Positions 30,841 to 40,900 of a stretch of 64,000 nucleotides of DNA are shown here, in pieces. The notes under the pieces were generated by a model. That model worked only from the letters and a program-made list of their open reading frames with translations. It was not told the DNA's origin and ran no database searches. The stretch is from a virus: the IMG/VR virus record IMGVR_UViG_3300044655_001360; one strand, written 5' to 3'. Both the position numbers and the translations under genes were made by a program. The stretch's first letter is position 1; every line of letters starts with the position of its first letter.

Positions 30841-31437
30841 ATGCGATTAATGTACAAAATTCTTGGTCATATTAAGATATTTGACCCAATCACAAACGAA
30901 GTCTTTGAAGACAAAGACAACGCCATTCATTATGAAAATATGAGTGTTGCAATGGCAAATAGCCTATCTAAATCTGGGCTTGGTATCAATACCATGGCTT
31001 TTGGAACAGGTGGAACGTTGGTAGATCCAACTGGGTTGATTTCTTATCTAACACCAAACACAGTTGGCGTTAATTGTAGTTTATACAACCAAACCTATTC
31101 TAAACGAGTAACCGACGATATTCATAATTCAGACCCAGTTCGTAATAAAATGGAAGTTCGCCATGTTAGTGGTGCAACGTTCAGTGATATTATCGTATCG
31201 TGTTTGCTTGATTACGGTGAACCAACCGGCCAAGAAGCATTTGATAACAGTGTAGACATGAATGGAAACTTCGTATTTGATGAACTAGGCTTGATGACCG
31301 TTAATGATGATGGTAGTTCTCGGTTATTAACACACGTTGTTTTTCACCCAGTGCAAAAGTCATTGAATAGATTACTTCAAATCGACTACACAATCCGTAT
31401 TCAAAGTTTAACTGGTTTTAATGAGGTATCTGCGTAA
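30841..31437 (+). CDS. Virion structural (baseplate) protein
   Basis: GHIKIFDP, NAIHYEN, FDELGL, LLTHVVFHPVQKSLNR...IDYT.RI; position in tail operon. Confidence 0.7.
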   Translation: MRLMYKILGHIKIFDPITNEVFEDKDNAIHYENMSVAMANSLSKSGLGINTMAFGTGGTLVDPTGLISYLTPNTVGVNCSLYNQTYSKRVTDDIHNSDPVRNKMEVRHVSGATFSDIIVSCLLDYGEPTGQEAFDNSVDMNGNFVFDELGLMTVNDDGSSRLLTHVVFHPVQKSLNRLLQIDYTIRIQSLTGFNEVSA

Positions 31438-33023
31438 TGAATTACTACAATATCAAACATGCAAATACATCTATACCAGATTATACCGTATATGATAATA
31501 CAACTAATACAGATACCAGTTTAAAGTTTCCTGGTAGATTCGTTGCTGGATATGGTCAAGCAATTGCTGAAAACTTCTTGCATTTACTTGAGAATTTCGC
31601 GAGCGCTAGCGAGCCTAGTAGTCCGCAAATTGGACAACTTTGGTACGATACGGCTAGTGGATATTTACGAGTACACAGCGGTACTGGTTCGTCAGTAGCC
31701 GCTAGATGGAAAGCTGCTAGTGGTATCGAGTACAACGATGTTAATCCAGGAACTGCTGTTACTGGTCAACTTTGGGTTGATACCGCAAATAGACAACTTA
31801 ATATCTATACCGGTTCTAGTTGGATGGTTATTGGTCCAACTATTAGCACCAGAGACGGACTCAAAAATGGACCGTTAGTTGAAGAAATACTGGATGATTC
31901 AAATACCACTCGGTCAATATTATCGGTTTACATTGCTGATATCCGAGTTCTTATTGTTAGTAAAGATACATTCCAACCTAAGTTGGGTATTCCAGGATAT
32001 GGTAAAATTAATTCGGGTGTAAACTTAAACAACCCAGTTACTATATTAGACAAAGCTAACTTCCATGGTGGTTTACCAGTATTTTCAGGAACAGCAACTG
32101 CTGCAACTCAGTTAATTGTTGGAAAAGAAACTGTTGAATCTTCTAAGTTCTTACGTACTGATAAAATTAACAACACCGAGTATGCAATTAACATTAAACA
32201 TAACGATGGACTTGCAATTGGTACTGATAGAAATCTAATAGTTACGTATAGTGCTAGTACAAAAGCTGCTGCTTTATACAATAGCAGTGAAGGTAGCATC
32301 GAATTACAAACCAAAATCGACCATGCACCAAAAACCGTATTAAAAGTTACTGGTACAACAGTCGGAATTAATACCGAACACCCAGCTGCTGAATTGGATG
32401 TAACTGGAAATGCTAAAGTAAGTGGAAAACTAACAATTGCTGGAATTAATGGTGATGGCCTTGATATTACCGGTAAAGTGACAAAAGGGTTAATCGTAGA
32501 TCAAACGCAAAAAGATAGTGTTCTACCTACTGATACGATATTAATGTATCGTGATGGCGATTATTTGAGCAAAACTACAGTCGCTAATCTTTTAGCAAGT
32601 GTACAACCTCAACAGCAAGTATCAAACGCGTTGCCTGCTAGAAAAACCCTACAACAAACTACTACCAATCTAGCAGCTGGTGCTTCTATTAAGTTAACAT
32701 TACCTGGTGGATATAAAGGATACGCATTGTATTCGATTAATGTATCATCCTCTGCGTGGGTTAGAGTTTATACAACCAGCACTGATGCAACTTCATTTGC
32801 CGAAGTGAATCGAGTAGAAGGAACACCAGCAGCAGCAAATTCAGGGGTTGTTGCGGAGATATCAACTACTACTGATAACGAAACCATCAAATTTACACCT
32901 GCACTAATCGGGTATAATTCCGAAACAAACCCAAATAATGATGTTGTTATACGATTGAAAAATAAAGGTGCATCTGCAGTGGATATTACCGTTAAGTTAA
33001 CTATTTTACAATTGGAGGCATAA
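31437..33023 (+). CDS. Tail-fibre/baseplate attachment paralogue 1
   Basis: GYG..IAENFLHLLENFA...P..P..GQLWYD. Confidence 0.75.
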   Translation: MNYYNIKHANTSIPDYTVYDNTTNTDTSLKFPGRFVAGYGQAIAENFLHLLENFASASEPSSPQIGQLWYDTASGYLRVHSGTGSSVAARWKAASGIEYNDVNPGTAVTGQLWVDTANRQLNIYTGSSWMVIGPTISTRDGLKNGPLVEEILDDSNTTRSILSVYIADIRVLIVSKDTFQPKLGIPGYGKINSGVNLNNPVTILDKANFHGGLPVFSGTATAATQLIVGKETVESSKFLRTDKINNTEYAINIKHNDGLAIGTDRNLIVTYSASTKAAALYNSSEGSIELQTKIDHAPKTVLKVTGTTVGINTEHPAAELDVTGNAKVSGKLTIAGINGDGLDITGKVTKGLIVDQTQKDSVLPTDTILMYRDGDYLSKTTVANLLASVQPQQQVSNALPARKTLQQTTTNLAAGASIKLTLPGGYKGYALYSINVSSSAWVRVYTTSTDATSFAEVNRVEGTPAAANSGVVAEISTTTDNETIKFTPALIGYNSETNPNNDVVIRLKNKGASAVDITVKLTILQLEA

Positions 33024-33026
33024 TCA

Positions 33027-34223
33027 ATGGCTTATACTATTAATGTAGCAGGAAACCAAGACATTATTGTTAATGACGGTACTGTTGATAAAGATTCTAC
33101 CGATTTAACCCTAATTGGTAAAAACTATTCTGGGTTTGGTCAGTCATTAAATGAGAATTTCATAAAGCTATTGGAAAACTTCTCATCTGATGAAGCTACA
33201 CCAGTTAACCCAATCACCGGACAACTCTGGTATGATAAAAAAATAGCAAAACTAAAAGTGTATAGCGGAACCGCGTTTGTACCAGTTAGTTCTACTACAG
33301 TAGCCGCACAGCAACCACTTAACATGGGTGTTGGTGATATGTGGTATAATACAACTACTAAACAATTAAACTTCTGGGATGGTAGTTCTATTATCTTATT
33401 AGGACCAACTTATACTTCAACCCAAGAAAAAAGTGGATTTGCAGTATACACGGTAAAAGATAACGTTGGGCAAGATAAAGTTATCACCTGTATCTATAAC
33501 AATGGTTTACTAGCTGGATTATTTGCAAATGAATCATTTACACTTCAAGACCCAACAATTATCACTGGATATTCACCAGATGGTATTATTCGTGCTGGAT
33601 TTAACCAAGGTACAATTCCAAATTTTAAGTTTAACGTTAATGCAGTAGATTCAGAAAAGCTAGGTGGTAATCCAGAATCAGCTTATATCAGAAGTGGTCG
33701 TGATGGTATTTTAGATCATCGTTTATATATCGACAGCAATGATGGCTTGTCTATTAAAATGGGTAACTTGAATATCGATTCAAATGCAGTTGTTTTGGAA
33801 AATACATTTTCTAATCAACCTCTCAAGTTAAAAGCTAAACATAGTAATACTATGGATACTGCGATTGATATACAACCTGGTAGTAGAACGGTGTATATTG
33901 GCAGTTCTGATGTACCCTATCAACTGAATTTGTATCAAGACCCAGTAATTAATAGCAGTGTCACTAATAAGACATACGTTGATCGTGAAATTTTAAAAAG
34001 AACAATGCTGTTGAGTATTATAGTAGATAACAGCACATCTGATTCTCAGCTTTTAAATATTGTTACCAAAATGGCACCTCTTGATAATCATTATCCAACA
34101 GATACCGCATTTAGACTACTTTGTTCACCTGCTAATCCAAGTGCACAAAAAACAATCAGAGTTTATCGAATAAACAGTTCTGGTATTTGGGAGTTCCGCC
34201 CATTAGAAACTGTGACAGTATAG
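33027..34223 (+). CDS. Tail-fibre/baseplate attachment paralogue 2
   Basis: LIGKNY.GFG..LNENFIKLLENF...GQLWYD. Confidence 0.75.
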   Translation: MAYTINVAGNQDIIVNDGTVDKDSTDLTLIGKNYSGFGQSLNENFIKLLENFSSDEATPVNPITGQLWYDKKIAKLKVYSGTAFVPVSSTTVAAQQPLNMGVGDMWYNTTTKQLNFWDGSSIILLGPTYTSTQEKSGFAVYTVKDNVGQDKVITCIYNNGLLAGLFANESFTLQDPTIITGYSPDGIIRAGFNQGTIPNFKFNVNAVDSEKLGGNPESAYIRSGRDGILDHRLYIDSNDGLSIKMGNLNIDSNAVVLENTFSNQPLKLKAKHSNTMDTAIDIQPGSRTVYIGSSDVPYQLNLYQDPVINSSVTNKTYVDREILKRTMLLSIIVDNSTSDSQLLNIVTKMAPLDNHYPTDTAFRLLCSPANPSAQKTIRVYRINSSGIWEFRPLETVTV

Positions 34224-34236
34224 GAGCCAATGAATA

Positions 34237-35997
34237 ATGTCTTACCCAATCAATAAATCAAACGGCGATCCGCTTGTTACGTTAGAAGATGGTCAACTTA
34301 ATACCGATACCAGCGTTGGTTTAGTCGGTCGTAATTACGTCGGTTATGGCGAAATACAAAATGAAAACTTCTTACATTTACTTGAAAACTTTGCAAGTAG
34401 TGGACCACCAACTAAACCAATCAGTGGACAACTTTGGTTTAATACTTCACAGAAAATACTAAACATCTACGATGGGTCAGTTAAATCATGGAACCCAGTT
34501 GGTGGTTCTGCTACGGTAGCACAGGCATCACCTAACACACCATCAGCTGGTCAACTCTGGTATAATTCCAAAAACAATCAACTTAATGTCTATACTGGAT
34601 CTAGTTGGGTAGTTGTTGGCCCAGAAGCAATTGCAGATTTTGGTGAAACTAAAGCCAAAGCCTCTGTGTTATTGGATACAACTAATACAAAAAGACCTGT
34701 TGTTTTATTAGTAGTTAATAATAAGGTAATAGCTGTTATTGCAACCGATACCTTTAGAATAAATTCGTCCAATTCGATCAATGGTTTTGAAAGCATTGTT
34801 CCAGGTATCAATATATCAACAACCGTTGAATTTAATGGTACCTTGAACGGAACTGCCGATTATGCAAATAGATTAACCAGAGCAGCAAGAATCAATAATG
34901 TTGGTTTTGATGGTGCGGCTGATATTACAGTAAAAGCAAGTACATCAAAATCGTTAAAGATAGGCAATTATCTTTTAGGTAGTGATTTTGATGGTTCTGC
35001 TGAAGTTACTTTAGCTGTTAAAGCAGGTACTGCTAATACACCGAATACACTTGTTGCACGAGATGCATCTGGTAACTTTGTTGCCAATGAAATCACTGCT
35101 ACCTTAAAAGGTCAAGTAAATGCACCTTCTGGAACTAGCACGTTTGATAATATCACCTTTAATTCTATTACTGGTAATGGTGTTATTCAAGGAACAACTT
35201 CTTCTGCTAGCAGATTAAATCCAGGTGCAAGAATCAACGGTGTATTATTTGATGGATCTGCGGATAAGTTAATTCCTGCTGATGCTAATACCTTAACTGG
35301 TACCAATATAAATGCAACTGTAGTTGATTCAAGTTTACGAACTGTTGGTGTCTTACAATCTTTAAATGTAGGTGATGCTACACGTAAATTAACTGTAAAT
35401 CTAGTATCAAATGTACCAACAATAAGTGCATCTACCGGTAAATTGACAATCACAGCTGGTTCAACTGGTTCAGCTTTGACATTCTTGGATTCTGCGCAGT
35501 CAACTGCTGCAGGGTTGTCGAAAGTTTCAATTATACCGTCAGCTGATACTAACTTAGGCTCTTCTACTAATAAGTTCAATGAGATTCATGCAACTGAATT
35601 TAAAGGCGTTGCAACATCTGCATATTATGCTGATTTGGCAGAATGTTATGTATCAGATGAAGATTATAAAGCAGGTACAGTTGTTCAATTTGGTGGTGAT
35701 TATGAAGTAACCATTGCTAGAAATAAAACATCAAAGGTTGCAGGAGTTGTGTCAACTAATCCAGCATATTTGATGAATTCATTACAAGAAGGCGAACATG
35801 TAGTTGCGGTTGCATTACAAGGTAAAGTACCATGTAGAGTTGCAGGTTATGTGTCTAAAGGTGACATGATGGTTAGTGGAGGACAAGGATATGCTATGTC
35901 ATGCGATAATCCAACAATTGGTACCGTCATTGGCAAGGCGTTGGAGGATTTTCATGGTGAATTCGGCGTAATTAACATTGTTGTTGGTCGAGTATAG
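34237..35997 (+). CDS. Tail-fibre paralogue 3 with C-terminal intramolecular chaperone-like domain
   Basis: ENFLHLLENF; AR.IN.V.FDG.ADI fibre repeats; YADLAE.Y..D....GTVV.FGG..EV, GVVSTNPAY.MN, VAL.G.VPC.V. Confidence 0.78.
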   Translation: MSYPINKSNGDPLVTLEDGQLNTDTSVGLVGRNYVGYGEIQNENFLHLLENFASSGPPTKPISGQLWFNTSQKILNIYDGSVKSWNPVGGSATVAQASPNTPSAGQLWYNSKNNQLNVYTGSSWVVVGPEAIADFGETKAKASVLLDTTNTKRPVVLLVVNNKVIAVIATDTFRINSSNSINGFESIVPGINISTTVEFNGTLNGTADYANRLTRAARINNVGFDGAADITVKASTSKSLKIGNYLLGSDFDGSAEVTLAVKAGTANTPNTLVARDASGNFVANEITATLKGQVNAPSGTSTFDNITFNSITGNGVIQGTTSSASRLNPGARINGVLFDGSADKLIPADANTLTGTNINATVVDSSLRTVGVLQSLNVGDATRKLTVNLVSNVPTISASTGKLTITAGSTGSALTFLDSAQSTAAGLSKVSIIPSADTNLGSSTNKFNEIHATEFKGVATSAYYADLAECYVSDEDYKAGTVVQFGGDYEVTIARNKTSKVAGVVSTNPAYLMNSLQEGEHVVAVALQGKVPCRVAGYVSKGDMMVSGGQGYAMSCDNPTIGTVIGKALEDFHGEFGVINIVVGRV

Positions 35998-36038
35998 ACC
36001 CTAAATACTACTAAATATATTCCCACGGAGTCCAAGTA

Positions 36039-37895
36039 ATGGCATACACAGTAAACAAATACAATGGTGATGTGATTGCAACCGTACTAGATGGTACAGT
36101 CGATCACACTACCGATTTAACTTTTATCGGTAAGAACTACGCAGGTTATGGAGATGTTCAGAACGAAAACTTCTTACATCTACTTGAAAACTTTGCAAAT
36201 ATAACCGAACCACCAAAACCAGTAGAAGGTCAGATTTGGTACGACAAAACATCCAAAGTTTTGAAATTCTACAATGGACTGCGTTTTAAAGCATCTGCAG
36301 TTGAATATGGCCCAACTATACCAACTGATCCATCACTTGGAGATTTATGGTTGGATTCAGTATTAAACAAATTATATTCATATACTGGATCTGGTGAGCG
36401 AAGTGGGTTTCATTTGGTTGGTCCTGATAATAATACAAGTCATACTTCACTTCAGGTAAGAACGATTCGTGATACAACAAGTGCTGACTCAGTGCATGAT
36501 ATCGTTCAAATTATTGCAAATGATGTGGTAGTTGCTATCTTTAATAGTGATGATGCGTTTGATGTGGTTGAAACCGACCCAATTGATGCAAGAGACCCTG
36601 ATGCATTTAGATCAATCAAAAAAGGTATTACACTACGTCACACCAATGCAAGTGGTGCTAGTTACTCAGTGGGTAATCCATGGCAATTCTGGGGTACTGC
36701 ATCTGATGCAAATACATTAGGTGGCGTTTCCTCTAATTTATTTGCGTTAACTACTGGTGCGACGTTTACTGGAGTTACTGATTTTAATGCTGGTTTAACT
36801 GTAAAATTGTTGACAGTTTCTGAAGATGTCAATAATAACACTGTATTTGCAAAAACTGGTGCGAATCCAATCAAGTTTACCGTTAATTCGTTATCCAATT
36901 TGGTTATTTCTTCAACATCAGTTGCACCTGACACAAATGCCACCTTGAATACTGGTACAATTGATTTAGGAACTTCGACTGCTAAATGGAAAGATATTTG
37001 GGCTAGTGGCACGGTCTCGGCAAACGCATTCTCTGGGGCTTTAACTGGTAATGTAAAAGATTCAACTGGTGCAGTCTTATTAGATAATACTGCTAAAATG
37101 TTCAAAGGTAGTATTAAAGCATCAGATGATACAACATTATTAGATAATACATCTAAAACGTTTAAAGGTAGTATTAAAGCATCTGATGATTCACCAGCAT
37201 ACGATTATACAACAAAAACTTTTACGGGTACATTAGTTGGTAGTTCAACCACTACAACTTCATTAAAAAAACAAACAACTGAAACTGCAGGTACTTCAGA
37301 TAGTTTCCTACCAGCAATTACAGAATTAGCATACACGGTAGTTGTTAGAGATGCCGATGGTAAAATCAACGTTGGTGCTATTGGTGGTAATGCTGAAGGT
37401 GCTAAAACACTATACCTACCAGGTGTTAATCTTTATAAACCTGCTGATATTGCTACAACCGCAAGCACTATTGCTGCTAGAGATACCAATGGAAATCTTG
37501 CAGCTGTTGAATTCAAAGGTACTGCATCATCGGCATACTATGCAGACTTAGCAGAAAAATACGTAGCAGATGCTGAATATGAAACAGGAACAGTGGTTGT
37601 TGTTGGCGGTTCTGAAGAAGTAACAGCGTGTTCAGTTGGTGGTTTTGCGATTGGTGTTGTTAGTAAAAACCCGGCATATATGATGAATAGTGGATTAGCT
37701 AACGGTACTTATATTGCTCTAAAAGGACGAGTTCCAACAAAAGTAGTTGGTGCGGTTAATAAAGGTGACAGATTGATTGCCGCTGCCGATGGGTGTGCAA
37801 CTGCCAATAACAGCACAGCCAACCATTGTTTTGGTATTGCTTTAGAAAGCAGTTCTGATATAGCAGTTAAATTAGTTGAAGTTTTGGTATTATAG
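36039..37895 (+). CDS. Tail-fibre paralogue 4 with C-terminal intramolecular chaperone-like domain
   Basis: ENFLHLLENF; YADLAEKY..D..YE.GTVV..GG..EV, IAL.GRVP.KV. Confidence 0.78.
   Translation: MAYTVNKYNGDVIATVLDGTVDHTTDLTFIGKNYAGYGDVQNENFLHLLENFANITEPPKPVEGQIWYDKTSKVLKFYNGLRFKASAVEYGPTIPTDPSLGDLWLDSVLNKLYSYTGSGERSGFHLVGPDNNTSHTSLQVRTIRDTTSADSVHDIVQIIANDVVVAIFNSDDAFDVVETDPIDARDPDAFRSIKKGITLRHTNASGASYSVGNPWQFWGTASDANTLGGVSSNLFALTTGATFTGVTDFNAGLTVKLLTVSEDVNNNTVFAKTGANPIKFTVNSLSNLVISSTSVAPDTNATLNTGTIDLGTSTAKWKDIWASGTVSANAFSGALTGNVKDSTGAVLLDNTAKMFKGSIKASDDTTLLDNTSKTFKGSIKASDDSPAYDYTTKTFTGTLVGSSTTTTSLKKQTTETAGTSDSFLPAITELAYTVVVRDADGKINVGAIGGNAEGAKTLYLPGVNLYKPADIATTASTIAARDTNGNLAAVEFKGTASSAYYADLAEKYVADAEYETGTVVVVGGSEEVTACSVGGFAIGVVSKNPAYMMNSGLANGTYIALKGRVPTKVVGAVNKGDRLIAAADGCATANNSTANHCFGIALESSSDIAVKLVEVLVL
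37077..37190 (+). repeat. 60-bp-period in-frame duplication (LLDNT.K.FKGSIKASDD x2)
   Basis: Near-identical DNA copies inside the fibre gene. Confidence 0.85.
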
Positions 37896-37904
37896 GATAT
37901 TAAT

Positions 37905-40900
37905 ATGTCAACTCAAATTACAATCAATAGATACAATACTTTACAATCAGCAATAAATGAAATTCTAGGAACCGGTGCTACTGGATATGGGCAAGTTTTA
38001 AAAAGTTCACAGTTATCAATTCCAAGTGGTACCAGTAGATTGATTTATGCACAAGATGTTAACAACTTAGTTGCTGATTTGCGTAGAATACTACAACATC
38101 AAGATGGTGTTGATTATTCTACTAATATACCAACGGTTACCGCTGGTACAACAAAAGCAGCTGAAACAACATATGTAAATTTAGAAACTTACTTAGCACA
38201 AGCAACTACTAATCGTTGGAAAATGTCAGGTGATGCTTCGCAGTCAGCTACTGTTACTGGTGTTACAACACAAAGAACAACTAATTGGAATAGTGAAATA
38301 TACCATGAAGCAGTTGCAAATTTTAGTTCAGAATTGAATGCAAAGTATTTCTTTAATGCTGGTGGCGAGCTGATTGTGTCAACTTCAATGACTGGACAAT
38401 CTGGTGATAAAAGTAATGCATGGGCGCAGATGTTAAATTCAGTTGGTAATGTGACGATGAATTATACCACTACGTCAACTGGTACTAGTGTTTCTCAGAT
38501 TGGATTTAACGATTTGACTTCTGCATATCAGCTGTTGTATTCAGGGGCATGTAGTGCACCTTATACTACCAATACTTATACAGTGTCTGCTAAAAAAGAT
38601 GGTCAGTTTGTGTATTTTAAAATGACATATACAGATGCTGTCTCCGGTACACCAGATGAATTAATCAATGGTACTATTACAAGCACTGTGAAATATAGAG
38701 GTGCAGTCGGCGCAAGTGTCGTAGCACCCGTACCAACTATCACGACATTAAATGGCCTAGATTCTGGTGGTGTATCACAAGGATATACAGTATTATTATC
38801 TCCAAATTCAGTATCAGAAGGTAATGACATTCATGTTACCATTAGTTCATATCCACCAGTAGCCAGTGTCTGGTATGAAATTACAGGTGATGGACCAGGT
38901 GTTACGGTTGATGATTTCGATGATGGTAAAGTGAAAGAAAGTAAAACATTAACAAACGGTGGAATTCAATTTAATAAAGCGGTAGCAGTTGATGTATTAT
39001 CAGATTCATCAAACGTCACGATGAAGCTATATGATAAAGATCCAGCGATACCAGGCGCAGTTTTACTTAAAACCAGTAATACAATTTTGATAAATGACGG
39101 TAATCTTGATTTAACGCTATCGTTGGTTTCACCACTTACTCCAGTATTAGACGAATCAAGTAATAATATTGGTAATTTTGCAGTGGTTGGAACTGGTTTA
39201 CCAGCCACGACAACTGCTACTTGGACTGCAACTGGAACTGGAGCGACACATTTAACTAAAACAACCGATACGTTCACGATTAGTGGTGGTTCTGGAACCT
39301 TTGCAGTAACCGTTAGTCCAGATCATAAAACAACTGGCGATTTACCAGTGCAGGTTAAAGTATCTATTGGTGCAATCCAATCTAATACTATAGATTTAAC
39401 TATTAATGATACTTCTAAGCCAATTATAACGTATCATTCAACGAAAGATCCAGATTTTGGACTCTCTGCGTTTACATACGACGCGGATTTGTATTTCACG
39501 ATCACTGGTGGACCTCCAGGTGGTACATTCACGTTTACTCGTGATACCAATGAAACACCGGTGACTTATACATTGGGTAATACTGGTATATTCCCGCATG
39601 GTAGTTTTGATAATAAGATCGCTGCACTGACTTCACCTGGAACATTACACACAAAAATTGTATTTGCTGGTGAATCCCATGATTACCTACATGATATCGC
39701 ATTCACGAATGATGTTCAGGAAATAACAATACCATCGATACCCCCAGATATTACTAGTGGAAAAACATTACAAATTGATTTTTCATTGTCAAAATGCTAT
39801 ACACCTGCGATTATCAATTGGGAATTGATTGCACCAATTCCACCAATTCCAAATGGTATATACAAATCCGGTACTACAACAACTAGTGGTACTATAACAA
39901 CTACTGTAAACACTGGTAATGGTCTTGGTAGCCTTATATTAGAAGCTAATAGTGCAACGGTGGTCAAAGGAACTTCATTTACTGTTAAGTTTACGTTGAG
40001 TACACTTACCACAATTAATGCAACTACATCTGCTATTCGAATTATTGACGCGTTCCCATACACGACAAATGTCGATGCCCAAGTATTCTTACCAACGTTA
40101 GCTTCTGCTGTTACTATTAAAGCACGCGGTGGTGCTGGTGGTGGCGGTGGCCGTGATGGTAGCAATGGTGATGGTGGTGACGGTGCTTCAGCAAATACTA
40201 TCATAACAAAAGAACCAGTTGGTTCTGTTAGAACATTATCGGCTGTTATCGGTAAAGGTGGGAATCCAGGTACATCGAATGCAACTTCTGCTGGTGGTGG
40301 ATTGGGCGGTACTGGCTACAAAAAAGGTGGCGATGGTGGTGCGGTTCGTAATGATAATACTAGCGGTGGTGGTGCTGGTGGTGGTGGAGCGACAGCCGTT
40401 TCAGCTGATACTACCGTTTTAGTGGTTGCTGGTGGTGGAGGCGGTGGTGCCGGTGGTAGTTTGGATAGAGACGGAATAGACGCAACCGGTACAAATACCA
40501 CCGTTACTGTTTTAACAGGAACTGATGGTATTGCAGGTGACGGTGGTGGAAGCGGTGACGGTGGTGGTGCAGGTGGTAGTGGTGGTTTTGTCACAACTAT
40601 TGGAACTAACCTTAAAGGTGCTGATAGTAGCAGAAGTGCGACTGCTGGAACATCTGGTAACATTGCGTATAATAACTCACAACCAGCTGTGACCGGCACA
40701 CCTATTATATTATTAAATTCCTATACTGGTGGTTTGGGAGCTACTACTAAAATAGCAAGTACTGCTGGGTTAGACGGTGAAGTAACTATTTACGTTCAGC
40801 CAATGGCGCCTCAATATCCAGTCGCCGAATTACATCTAGGGTTGTCTGGTGCGGAAGAGTATTATATCAATGCCGATACACCATTAAAAGATGGTTCTGC

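Noticed and set aside
35187-40699. Antisense ORFs of 100-147 aa in the fibre genes (e.g. 35187, 36662, 38966, 39797, 40316)
   Set aside because: Shadow frames of Thr/Gly/Ala-rich sense genes, with no SD or recognisable motifs
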